Source: an uncultured Methanosarcinales archaeon
Lineage (GTDB): Archaea; Nanobdellota; Nanobdellia; Woesearchaeales; JACPBV01
Reading direction: 5' to 3'
Length of the DNA stretch: 59,376 nt
Assembly: GCA_964609455.1 (NCBI GenBank)
Contig: CAZSRD010000002.1
Location: 13,402-72,777, forward strand
The notes under the pieces are model-generated. The model did no database searches. It saw only the letters and a program-made list of their open reading frames with translations, and had not been told where the DNA came from. The position numbers were made by a program, and so were the translations under genes. Shown here piece after piece: positions 1 through 8,671 of this stretch (its first letter is position 1; each line of letters opens with the position of its first letter).

Positions 1-940
1 GAATGCTATATGCCTCCCAATAATTTATTATTCCATCCAAACAAGTACCAGATGCTGCAATCACTTTTCCATTGATTGTACCGCCACCAACACGAACTAC
101 AGTATAATCAACAGGAACTTGCGCATTTATATTATTATTGGCAAGGTCCTCAACCATAATCTTAAATGAAGCAGCTGTTTTATCAAAAACATATGCCGCA
201 TGCAAAGGGCCATAACCGTCTGGAGCATTTCCTCCAGAAGATGGGTAAACTGTCAATAAAACATTATAATTAGTATCGCTCAAACCAAGGGAAGATATGT
301 CAATTGTTGCTTGACCGTATGGCTTGCCGCTAATAATCCCAATAGTTCTGCTTCCTGTTAGCAATACGCCACCACCAGTACCACTACCACTCGAAGAACC
401 GCCACCGCCATCACCTTCACAACATATCATCCACATATTCACATAAGTTATGTCTGTATAATGAGAATCTCCTTTAATTCCAGCAACATAATATCCAGGT
501 AGGCATTTTTTGTCAATATTCCTTGTATTCCACGTCAAAACCCTTTCATAATAACAATTGTCTTGGGCTAAACCACCACCAACACAATTCCCACTACCAT
601 CACAAATAGTTCCAGAAGCCTTTATATCACCAACAACATCAAGTTTTACTGCGGGGTTTGTTTTTCCAATACCCACATTACCCGTAACAGCAGAATACAT
701 ATTGCTTCCAGAAATCGTCCAATCATTATCCGCTCCAGTGCCTCCACCAATCAACCCTTGTGTTATTGCTTCCTGTAAACTGTAGTCTGTTCCGCTAATA
801 CTAACCTTAACAGCATTTGCTTCATGATAAGCACTTGGTGCAGTCCAAGTAGCAAAAGCAATACTCACACCAATAACAAGTACAGCTAAAATAGAGATTA
901 ACCAAAAATGCCTTTTTTCAAAGTGTATTATGAATTTCAT
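1..940 (-). CDS. Membrane-anchored/secreted surface protein, C-terminus cut by window edge (absent from ORF track because no stop lies in the window)
   Basis: Hand translation of the minus strand from ATG at 940 stays open through position 1 (313 codons). Starts MKFIIHFEKRHFWLISILAVLVIGVSIAFATW (TM/signal anchor). Then SGSNMYSAVTGNVGIGKTNPAVKLDVVGDIKASG (tail-fibre-like motif), paired Cys, and linker GDGGGGSSSGSGTGGG. Confidence 0.6.
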   Translation of the reverse strand, partial: MKFIIHFEKRHFWLISILAVLVIGVSIAFATWTAPSAYHEANAVKVSISGTDYSLQEAITQGLIGGGTGADNDWTISGSNMYSAVTGNVGIGKTNPAVKLDVVGDIKASGTICDGSGNCVGGGLAQDNCYYERVLTWNTRNIDKKCLPGYYVAGIKGDSHYTDITYVNMWMICCEGDGGGGSSSGSGTGGGVLLTGSRTIGIISGKPYGQATIDISSLGLSDTNYNVLLTVYPSSGGNAPDGYGPLHAAYVFDKTAASFKIMVEDLANNNINAQVPVDYTVVRVGGGTINGKVIAASGTCLDGIINYWEAYSI

Positions 941-1006
941 AGTTTCCCCTCTTTTTGAATAATTACTTACTTTAAATAAACTTATATAAAAAACTATCGG
1001 AAAAAA

Positions 1007-2560
1007 CTATATATTCTTCAAAAGAAAATACCTAAAACCTTTTTCTATAGCTTCAAGTGAAGCCTCCAATATATTCGTACTAACACCAACCGTACCCCAT
1101 TCATCACCATTGTTTTTGAATTCTATGTAAACTCTAACAGAACTCTCTGCTCCATTATCTTGCGCTATCATAACTTTATAATTTACCAATTGTACTTTAT
1201 CTATATCCTTATGCGCAGACCCTATCATCTTCACCAAAGCATGATAAATAGCATCTACTGGACCGCCTTTAACAGGAGCCACAACCTCAACATTATTTCC
1301 ATTAACAGTTCCTGCCAATATTCCTTCAGAAAACTCGCCATTCTTCTGCTCGCTCATTACTTTCCAAGTTTTAATCTCAAAAACCTTTCCTTTATTGCCA
1401 AAAAATTCTTCCTTTAACAAAAATTTCTCAGCATCCAAGGAACCAATATCATACCCTTTTTTCTCTAGCTCCTCAACCTTCTTTAACATCTGTGAAACTC
1501 TATCATCATCTTTACCAACCTTTAAGCCAAAATTCTTCAAAACTCCAACAATATTTGCTCTCCCGCTTAAATCACTTAAAACAACTCCCCGGTTATTCCC
1601 TACCAATAAAGGATCAATATGCTCATAAGATGCTCCTTTCATTATTGCATCTACATGTACCCCCCCTTTATGCAAGAAAGCATGTTTCCCGACAAAAGGA
1701 TTGCTTTTATTCGGCTTGATATTAGCCAAAGTATAAACCAAATCACTTAATGCAGTTAATCTTTCTAACTTAACTTCCAACTTCAAATTTTTCTTCAACA
1801 CCAAATTAGGTATTATTTGGCATAAATCAGCATTTCCTGCTCTTTCACCAAAACCATTAATTGTTCCTTGTATCATCCCAACTCCAAAATCAACACTAAC
1901 TAAAGAATTAGCAACACCAACACCAGAATCATTGTGAAAATGAACGCCCAATTTAACATTCAACCCTTCTTTCTTCAAAAAATCAACAACCGTTTTTAAA
2001 ATACCCATAACATCATCAACAAGAGTCCCCCCATTAGTATCACACATAACTAAATAGTCAGCCTTAGCCAATGCGGCCTCTTTCAAGCAGCTTAAAGCAT
2101 ATTCTTTATTATCTTTAAAACCATCAAAAAAATGTTCCAAATCATAAAGTACCTCTAAACCATTTTTCTTTAAAAATTCTATACTCTCTCCGATAGCATT
2201 TAAATTCTCCTCTGGCTTTGTCTTAAGCTGCATCTCAACATGCTCTATCCACGTTTTACCAAAAATGCATGCAACATTAGCCTTGCTGTTTAATATTGCC
2301 TGTAAATTAACATCATCCCCTGCCTTTACGCCAACCCTTCTGGTGCTCCCAAAAGCCACAATTTTAGCATTCTTCAGCTTTAATTTGCTTGCCTCTATGA
2401 AAACCCCCATCTCTTTTGCGTTGGCAGCAGGCCACCCAAGCTCAATATAATCGACGCCAAAATCATCTAAAGCTTTAACTACCTCAATCTTGTCTCTAAG
2501 CGAAAAGTTCACATTTGCGCTTTGGCAACCATCCCTTAAAGTTGTGTCAAATATTTTCAT
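1007..2560 (-). CDS. cimA: (R)-citramalate synthase, Geobacter/TIGR00977-type member of the LeuA/HCS family
   Basis: MKIFDTTLRDGCQS, ELGWPAANAKE, AFGSTRR, FGKTWIEHV, HFFDGFK, MCDTNGGT, GTINGFGERAGNADL, HKGGVHVDA, and C-terminal regulatory domain WGTVGVSTNILEAS. ATG at 2560 is preceded by GTGAT; the track's 2569 start is a GTG. Confidence 0.8.
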   Translation of the reverse strand: MKIFDTTLRDGCQSANVNFSLRDKIEVVKALDDFGVDYIELGWPAANAKEMGVFIEASKLKLKNAKIVAFGSTRRVGVKAGDDVNLQAILNSKANVACIFGKTWIEHVEMQLKTKPEENLNAIGESIEFLKKNGLEVLYDLEHFFDGFKDNKEYALSCLKEAALAKADYLVMCDTNGGTLVDDVMGILKTVVDFLKKEGLNVKLGVHFHNDSGVGVANSLVSVDFGVGMIQGTINGFGERAGNADLCQIIPNLVLKKNLKLEVKLERLTALSDLVYTLANIKPNKSNPFVGKHAFLHKGGVHVDAIMKGASYEHIDPLLVGNNRGVVLSDLSGRANIVGVLKNFGLKVGKDDDRVSQMLKKVEELEKKGYDIGSLDAEKFLLKEEFFGNKGKVFEIKTWKVMSEQKNGEFSEGILAGTVNGNNVEVVAPVKGGPVDAIYHALVKMIGSAHKDIDKVQLVNYKVMIAQDNGAESSVRVYIEFKNNGDEWGTVGVSTNILEASLEAIEKGFRYFLLKNI

Positions 2561-2579
2561 TTTAATCACACAGAAACTG

Positions 2580-2607
2580 GCTACATTCCCTCAAGAAGAG
2601 ATGTAGC
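2580..2607 (-). promoter_or_regulatory. Hairpin (7-bp stem GCTACAT/ATGTAGC, 14-nt loop) between the leader ORF stop and the cimA SD
   Basis: Inverted repeat read directly: gctacat 2580-2586 and atgtagc 2601-2607. Confidence 0.5.
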
Positions 2608-2670
2608 TTAAAATATAATAATGATTCCTAAGAAACTCTTGCTTATTTTTTTTATTATAGGACCATTCAT
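2608..2670 (-). promoter_or_regulatory. Candidate Ile-rich leader peptide ORF (20 codons) upstream of cimA
   Basis: Minus strand reads ATG AAT GGT CCT ATA ATA AAA AAA ATA AGC AAG AGT TTC TTA GGA ATC ATT ATT ATA TTT TAA = MNGPIIKKISKSFLGIIIIF. TATA TTTATATATA (minus, 2701-2692) is centred about 27 nt upstream of the ATG. The stop codon abuts hairpin 2580-2607. Confidence 0.4.
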
Positions 2671-2809
2671 ATAACCTAAGAATCCAAAACATATATATAA
2701 ACCTTTTCATTCCTTTTTATGTCGTCCCTTAAAAATAGTTAAAAAAAAGAAAGCTTTAAATAGAGGTAAAATATCCCACCTATAGAAAAGAGGTTCTTAG
2801 GGTGAAATA

Positions 2810-3589
2810 ATGTTAGTGCAAAAAGACTTTTTAAATAAACTAAGGGATTTTGGTTTGAATACTTATGAAAGCAAGATATGGACTGCTTTGCTAAGCAGAG
2901 GAGTTTCTACAGCAGGGGAATTAAGTGATATTGCTAATGTTCCTAGAAGCAGAAGTTATGATGTTCTGGAAAGCCTTGAGAAAAAAGGATTTATAATTGT
3001 TAAGCCAGGAAAGCCAATCAAATATATCGCAGTAAAGCCAGAAGAGGTAATTGAAAGAGTTAAAAATAAGGTAAAAGACGAAACAGACCAAAAACTTAAG
3101 CTTATAGAAAGTCTTAAATCAACAAAAATCCTTGACGAACTCAATTCATTGCACACCCAAGGCCTAGATTTAGTAGAGCCAACAGATTTAACAGGCGCTA
3201 TAAAGGGAAGAAAAAACATATACAACCACTTAGCAACTATGATAAAAAATGCTAAAAAAACAATCACCATAGCAACAAGCTCCCAAGGAATAATAAGATA
3301 CCAGGATATATTATTGGGGCATTTGACAAAAGCAAAACAAAAAGGAGTTAAGATAAAAATTGTAGCGCCTATACAAAACCAAAAAGATATAAAAGAATTA
3401 TCTAAAATTGCAGAGGTCAAAAATACAAGCCTTAAAGCAAGGTTTTGCATAATTGACAAAAAAGAAATATTATTCATGCTTATGGATGACGAAAAAGTTC
3501 ACCCCAGCTATGATATTTCAATTTGGGCAAATACTGAATTTTTTTCAAACGTTCTTGAAAGCGCATTTGACAGCTATTTAATCAAATAG
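2810..3589 (+). CDS. TrmB-family transcriptional regulator (paralog 1)
   Basis: N-terminal wHTH: LGLNTYESKIWTALLSRGVSTAGELSDIANVPRSRSYDVLESLEKKGF. C-terminal TrmB-type effector domain. AGGGTGA SD lies before the ATG. Confidence 0.85.
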   Translation: MLVQKDFLNKLRDFGLNTYESKIWTALLSRGVSTAGELSDIANVPRSRSYDVLESLEKKGFIIVKPGKPIKYIAVKPEEVIERVKNKVKDETDQKLKLIESLKSTKILDELNSLHTQGLDLVEPTDLTGAIKGRKNIYNHLATMIKNAKKTITIATSSQGIIRYQDILLGHLTKAKQKGVKIKIVAPIQNQKDIKELSKIAEVKNTSLKARFCIIDKKEILFMLMDDEKVHPSYDISIWANTEFFSNVLESAFDSYLIK

Positions 3590-3683
3590 TAAGCTTTAAG
3601 ATTAACAAAAAGATTTATATACTACTTCTCTTTATAATAGTTATAAGATATACTTACAGTTCAAATAAAAAGAGGTGGAAAAA

Positions 3684-3872
3684 ATGGTTTTAGGCGTTCA
3701 AGAAGTTACATTGGCAATAATTGTTGGTACATTAGCAGCTATTGTATACTCACTGAGGATTCTTGTTTTAATGGAAAGAAGGATTGCAAGAATAGAGATG
3801 CATATCGAAAATGTTGTTGCAAAAGTAATGAGAGAAGAACTAAAGATTGAAAAGAAACTCAAGAAAAAATAA
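3684..3872 (+). CDS. Small single-pass membrane protein, hypothetical
   Basis: MVLGVQEVTLAIIVGTLAAIVYSL (TM) followed by a charged helix. GAGGTGG SD lies 6 nt before the ATG at 3684. The stop abuts the hjc stop. Confidence 0.5.
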   Translation: MVLGVQEVTLAIIVGTLAAIVYSLRILVLMERRIARIEMHIENVVAKVMREELKIEKKLKKK

Positions 3873-4259
3873 TCAAGCAATCAGCTCTTCAAATAATACT
3901 CCTTTTCTTTCTGCTTTTTCTACATTTATCATAAAGTTCTTGGCAGTTTCCTCTAAGTCATCCAAAGTTAAAAATAACCATTCTTTTTTATTAAATCTAA
4001 CTGCCAAATAAGGCTCAGCATTAAACATCTCTGCAAAAGTCCTTAATTGTTCAACATCCTCTTTCTCAATATACTTCCAGGGGTCTTTGGCAGTTTTACA
4101 CTCTATAGCCAATCTTCTCAGCTTATTAGTCGCCAAAATATCAGCAGAAGGATACCTCATAGAGCCAGAACCAGCTACTCTAAGGCTTGCCCATCCGCTG
4201 CCCCAGAACTTGTGTATCAAATCACGTTCAGCATTTATTCCTTTACTTTTTCGGCTCAT
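3873..4259 (-). CDS. hjc: Holliday junction resolvase Hjc
   Basis: KGINAERDLIHKFWGSGWASLRVAGSG ... DILATNKLRRLAIECKT (archaeal Hjc PD-(D/E)xK pattern), 128 aa. Confidence 0.85.
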   Translation of the reverse strand: MSRKSKGINAERDLIHKFWGSGWASLRVAGSGSMRYPSADILATNKLRRLAIECKTAKDPWKYIEKEDVEQLRTFAEMFNAEPYLAVRFNKKEWLFLTLDDLEETAKNFMINVEKAERKGVLFEELIA

Positions 4260-4302
4260 CTTAAACCTCGTTTAAGATACAGAAAATCCCTTAGGATTTT
4301 AT

Positions 4303-5193
4303 TTATAATTTAAACACCATAAAATCTTTAGCAGCTATCGAATTGTTAAATACATCCTTTGCGTCTTCTTCAACTTCTTCTGTAGTTTTATACCTGGCAG
4401 AAAAATGTGTTAATACTAATTTTTTAGCATTAGCCTGATTAGCGATCAAACCAGCCTGTTTACCAGTCATATGGCCATACTCTTCACCCTTTTCTTCTAA
4501 CTTAGAGCTATAAGTAGCTTCACAAATCAGCAAATCAGCATCTTCCGCCAATTTTACAGCATTTTTGCAAGGTACAGTATCTGCTATTACTGCAATTTTT
4601 TTACCATTTTCAACATAAGTTAAATCACTGGCATTTATTTTCTTGCCTTCAAAGCTAATTGATTCATTGTTTTGCAATTTTCCCAACAAAGGCCCATTAG
4701 GAATGCCAATCTTTTTTACCTTTTTAATATCAACATGTCTAATATCATTTTCAACAAAACTATAGCCTAAAGTTACAATTCCATGCTCTAAGGTTATTGC
4801 TTCCAAATAAAAATCTTTATTCTCAAAAAACTTGCCAGTGCTTATTTCTTTAACCTCAAATTTTACCTTCCTATCAAAAATAAAAGCCTTAAACATGCTC
4901 TCAATATGGTTCTTTGTCCCTTTTGGCCCATATATCTCCAAGGTCTTGCTATACTCCTGTGAACCCAATGTAGACATCACCCCAGGCAAGCCAAAAACAT
5001 GGTCTCCATGCCAATGAGTGATCAATATTTTAGTAATCTTTGTCAAAGGGATGCCTTTCTGCTTAAACTGCCTTTGGGTGCCTTCCCCGCAGTCTACTAA
5101 AATACCTTCATTCTTATATTTAATAAAAAGTGCTGACTGGTTTCTTTCTTTTGTCGGCACCATAGAAGAAGTGCCCAAAAATGTTATTTCCAT
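4303..5193 (-). CDS. rnz: Ribonuclease Z (tRNA 3' endonuclease)
   Basis: MEITFLGTSSMVPTKERNQSALFIKY...VDCGEGTQRQ...ITHWHGDHVFGLPG (metallo-beta-lactamase HxHxDH), 296 aa. Confidence 0.9.
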   Translation of the reverse strand: MEITFLGTSSMVPTKERNQSALFIKYKNEGILVDCGEGTQRQFKQKGIPLTKITKILITHWHGDHVFGLPGVMSTLGSQEYSKTLEIYGPKGTKNHIESMFKAFIFDRKVKFEVKEISTGKFFENKDFYLEAITLEHGIVTLGYSFVENDIRHVDIKKVKKIGIPNGPLLGKLQNNESISFEGKKINASDLTYVENGKKIAVIADTVPCKNAVKLAEDADLLICEATYSSKLEEKGEEYGHMTGKQAGLIANQANAKKLVLTHFSARYKTTEEVEEDAKDVFNNSIAAKDFMVFKL

Positions 5194-5257
5194 TTTATCT
5201 TGCTGGAATATAACTCCCTATTTAAATTTAGCGAAAAAAACAAAGTTTTTTAAATAT

Positions 5258-5854
5258 ATGGGCAACAATAAGGATAATATGTCCAAAAAGAAAAAACAAG
5301 AAACTCAGGAAGAACCAGAGCAAAAAAAACAAGTAGTACAATCAATATTCTCAGAAGAGCGAGTTATAACAGAAAACTCAGATGAAGCAAGAGATTTATT
5401 TAACCAAAGCAGATATGGCACAATATTAGAAAATGGAAAGGTGCAACTTTCTCTGTTAGAATCACTTTATTTATTAGAAAAGGGAAGATTAACAATACTA
5501 GATGGAAGGAATAAAAAAATAGACTTCGAAAAATTCTTAAAAAAGGCAAAAAGATTAGAGCCAAATTTTTGGATAAGATACTGTGTTTTTAAGGATATTC
5601 GTAACAGGGGTTATATAATCAAAACAGCATTAAAGTTTGGAGCAGATTTTAGGGTATATGAAAGGGGCGTAAAGCCAGGAGAAGATCATGCAAAATGGAT
5701 AGTATACCCAGTTCATGAAAGCTCTACCTTAACATGGTACGAATTCTCAGCGAAAAACAGGGTTGCACACTCAACCAGAAAAAAGCTTCTTGTAGGCTGC
5801 GTTGATGAAGAATCAGATGTAACTTACTGGGAAATCAAATGGGTAAGGCCTTAG
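5258..5854 (+). CDS. endA: tRNA-splicing (intron) endonuclease EndA
   Basis: C-terminal catalytic domain GYIIKTALKFGADFRVYERG...HAKWIVYPV. The track ORF (5018) overlaps rnz. In-frame ATGs at 5258 and 5279 each lie about 27-33 nt downstream of a TATA-like element. Confidence 0.8.
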   Translation: MGNNKDNMSKKKKQETQEEPEQKKQVVQSIFSEERVITENSDEARDLFNQSRYGTILENGKVQLSLLESLYLLEKGRLTILDGRNKKIDFEKFLKKAKRLEPNFWIRYCVFKDIRNRGYIIKTALKFGADFRVYERGVKPGEDHAKWIVYPVHESSTLTWYEFSAKNRVAHSTRKKLLVGCVDEESDVTYWEIKWVRP

Positions 5855-5916
5855 TCTCCATCTAGAAACAAAAATTCATAATAAACTATATATACTTCTC
5901 TAAATTATTGATAATT

Positions 5917-6771
5917 ATGGAAGACAATAGGGAAAAAATTCTTCAATACATAAGAGAAAAAGGCCCAGTTTTACCTGTTGACATAGCAAAACAAATAAAT
6001 TCAAACATCTTAATGGCCTCAGCCCATTTATCAGAATTGTCTTCTAATTCAAAATTGAAGATATCTAACATAAAAATTGGTGGTGGCTCCCCCCTTTACT
6101 ACCTTCCAGGCCAAGAAGCCCAACTACAAAAGTTTGCAGATAACCTGAACGAAAAAGAAAAACGAGCATACGACTTATTATATCAAAAAAAGATACTAAG
6201 GGATAGCCAGCTAGAGCCGTTATATAGGGTAACTTTAAGGGCAATAAAAGACTTTGCAGTTCCTTTACAAGTAAATTATAAAGGCTCTTCAGAGATATTT
6301 TGGAGATGGTACTTGTTAACAAACAAAGAAGCAGAAGAATCAATTAGGGAAATTCTAAAAGCAACGGCAACCAAACCAGAAAATGAAATAACTGAAAAAG
6401 AACCAAAAGAGAAAATAATAGAAAAGAAAACAGAAAAAAAAATTAAAAAAGAAGTACACCAAGAAGACACATTCTCAAGCCAAATTTCAGACTATTTTAA
6501 CAAAAACAAAATAAATATCCTAAGCAAAGAGATAATAAGGAAAACAGAAATTGACTTTACCATCCAAGTTCCATCCAATGTAGGTAATCTCGATTACTAT
6601 TGCAAAACAAAAAACAAAAAGAAAATAAATGATGCAGACCTATCTTCTGCGTTTGCTCAGGGCCAGCTGAGAAAGCTCCCTGTAATATTATTGACCAACG
6701 GAGATTTGACCAAAAGAGCCAAAGAAATGTTACAAAAAGATTTTAAAGGGATGAATATTATACATATATAG
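5917..6771 (+). CDS. Hypothetical winged-helix protein with Lys/Glu linker and a possible PD-(D/E)xK-like C-terminal domain
   Basis: N-terminus ILQYIREKGPVLPVDIAKQI (wH-like). KE-rich linker. C-terminus EIDFTIQV...YYCKTKNKK...VILLTNGDLTKRAKE. ATG is at 5917 (track start 5908 is TTG). Confidence 0.4.
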   Translation: MEDNREKILQYIREKGPVLPVDIAKQINSNILMASAHLSELSSNSKLKISNIKIGGGSPLYYLPGQEAQLQKFADNLNEKEKRAYDLLYQKKILRDSQLEPLYRVTLRAIKDFAVPLQVNYKGSSEIFWRWYLLTNKEAEESIREILKATATKPENEITEKEPKEKIIEKKTEKKIKKEVHQEDTFSSQISDYFNKNKINILSKEIIRKTEIDFTIQVPSNVGNLDYYCKTKNKKKINDADLSSAFAQGQLRKLPVILLTNGDLTKRAKEMLQKDFKGMNIIHI

Positions 6772-6772
6772 A

Positions 6773-7807
6773 ATGGGAGTTGCAATAACCGAATTATTAG
6801 TGAAAAAAGAGGTTGATATTGCCACATTATCTGGTAAGACCCTAGTTGTAGATGCACCAATGTGGCTATACCAATTTCTATCATCTATAAGGCAGCCCAA
6901 CGGTTCATTATTATCAGATTCTAAAGGAAATGTTACTTCACATTTAATCGGCCTTTCTTCAAGAATCCCCAATCTTATGGAAAAAGGAATCAAACTTGCA
7001 TTTTGCTTTGATGGAAAAGTTCCAGACCTTAAAAAAGAAGAGAGAGAAAGAAGAAAAGATATGAAAATACAGGCAGAGAAAAAATACAAAGAAGCAGAAA
7101 AAAAGGAAGATTTAACAGAAATGAAAAAATATGCTTCAAGAACCACCAGGCTTACAAAAGAAATGATAGAAGAATCAAAACAACTCTTAGAAGCATTGGG
7201 AATGCCTATAATCGAAGCACCATCTGAAGCAGAAGCACAAGCATCTCACATAGTGAAAAACAACGATGCATTCGCAGTAGCATCAAACGATGCAGATTGT
7301 CTCCTTTTTGGTACACCTAAACTTATCCGAAATCTAAACCTCATAGGAAAAAGAAAAAAAGCAAGTAAGCTTGCCTACGAGGCAATAAAGCCCGAATTGG
7401 TAGATTTATCTGAAAACCTAAACCATTTAGGTATAGATATTGACCAATTAATAGCCCTTTCCATGTTAGTTGGTACAGATTATAACATAGGTGGCATTAA
7501 AGGAATAGGCCCAAAAAACGCATTAAAACTAGTAAAAAAACACAAATCAAATTTAGACTCTTTATTCAAAGAAACTAAATGGGATGAAAATTTTGATATA
7601 CCTTGGACAGAAGTCTTTTATTTAATCAAAAAAATACCCGTAACCGATAATTACAAACTTGAATGGAAAAAAGCAGATAAGGAACAAATTTTAAAAATAT
7701 TAGTAGACGAACACGATTTCTCTGAAGAGCGAGTTAGCAGTACACTAAGCAGGTTACTAAAAGAAACAGAAAACAAACAACAGAAATCCCTGGGAGATTT
7801 TTCCTAA
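6773..7807 (+). CDS. fen: Flap endonuclease 1
   Basis: MGVAITELL...LVVDAPMWLYQFLSSIRQ...GNVTSHLIGL...FDGKVPDLK...EAPSEAEAQ...GTDYN..GIKGIGPKNA. Confidence 0.92.
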   Translation: MGVAITELLVKKEVDIATLSGKTLVVDAPMWLYQFLSSIRQPNGSLLSDSKGNVTSHLIGLSSRIPNLMEKGIKLAFCFDGKVPDLKKEERERRKDMKIQAEKKYKEAEKKEDLTEMKKYASRTTRLTKEMIEESKQLLEALGMPIIEAPSEAEAQASHIVKNNDAFAVASNDADCLLFGTPKLIRNLNLIGKRKKASKLAYEAIKPELVDLSENLNHLGIDIDQLIALSMLVGTDYNIGGIKGIGPKNALKLVKKHKSNLDSLFKETKWDENFDIPWTEVFYLIKKIPVTDNYKLEWKKADKEQILKILVDEHDFSEERVSSTLSRLLKETENKQQKSLGDFS

Positions 7808-7808
7808 A

Positions 7809-8636
7809 ATGGCTAAATTAAAAGAATTACTAAAAAACAAATTAACCAAAACTCAATTAGCTCTAGTTCCATCATCCTTTGATATTGTAGGAGACCTAGC
7901 AATCTTCTCAGATATGCCTAAAGAACTGAAAAACAAAGAGAAGTTAATTGGAGAATCACTTTTAAAACTGCATAAAAATCTCAAAGTTGTTCTTAAAAAA
8001 TCAAAAAAATACTCTGGAAAATTCAGAACACCCGAACTTAAAATCATTGCAGGAGAGAAAAGAAAAGAAACAGAGCTTAAGGAGAATAATGTAAGGTTAA
8101 AGCTAAATCCTGAAAAAACTTATTATTCAGTAAGATTGGCGACAGAAAGAAACAGGATAATGCAGCAGGTTAAAGATGGTGAAGAAATCCTCGTTATGTT
8201 CAGCGGTGTTGGTCCATACAGTGTAGTCATCTCCAAAAACAAGAAACCTAAAGAAGTCTACTCCATTGAGATTAATCCAGTAGCATATAAATACCAAAAA
8301 GAGAATATTCTGTTAAATAAACTAAATAACATCAGATTATACAAGGGAGACGTTAAAAAGATAGTTCCTAAACTAAACAAGAAGTTTGACAGAATCTTAA
8401 TGCCCTTGCCTAGAAGCGCGGAAGATTATTTGCCAACAGCACTTAAAGCAGCAAAAAAGAACACAACAATTCACTTTTACGATTTTCTAAACGAAAATGA
8501 ATTCAGCAAAGCAAAAGAAAAAATAGACAAAGCTTGCAAAGAAGCAAAGAAAAAATACAGAATTTTAAACCTTGTTAAATGCGGCCAATTTGGGCCTGGA
8601 ATTTATAGGATTTGTGTGGATTTTGAACTAATTTAA
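7809..8636 (+). CDS. trm5: tRNA (guanine37-N1)-methyltransferase, Trm5/TYW2 family
   Basis: FDIVGDLAIF...ILVMFSGVGPYSVVISK...VYSIEINPVAYKY...FDRILMPLP (class I SAM methyltransferase of the Trm5 type). Confidence 0.8.
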   Translation: MAKLKELLKNKLTKTQLALVPSSFDIVGDLAIFSDMPKELKNKEKLIGESLLKLHKNLKVVLKKSKKYSGKFRTPELKIIAGEKRKETELKENNVRLKLNPEKTYYSVRLATERNRIMQQVKDGEEILVMFSGVGPYSVVISKNKKPKEVYSIEINPVAYKYQKENILLNKLNNIRLYKGDVKKIVPKLNKKFDRILMPLPRSAEDYLPTALKAAKKNTTIHFYDFLNENEFSKAKEKIDKACKEAKKKYRILNLVKCGQFGPGIYRICVDFELI

Positions 8637-8671
8637 CAAATATTTAAAAATAACAACCTATTCTGATATAC

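Noticed and set aside
558-785. 75-aa plus-strand ORF from the track
   Set aside because: It lies antisense to the long open minus-strand frame (1-940), which has a signal anchor and coherent domain content. Its Pro/Ser/Thr-rich translation is typical of an antisense artefact.
5018-5257. N-terminal 80 codons of the track's 278-aa endA ORF
   Set aside because: This part overlaps the 5' end of rnz on the opposite strand and has no endonuclease similarity. In-frame ATGs at 5258 and 5279, each with an upstream TATA, give a normal-sized EndA.
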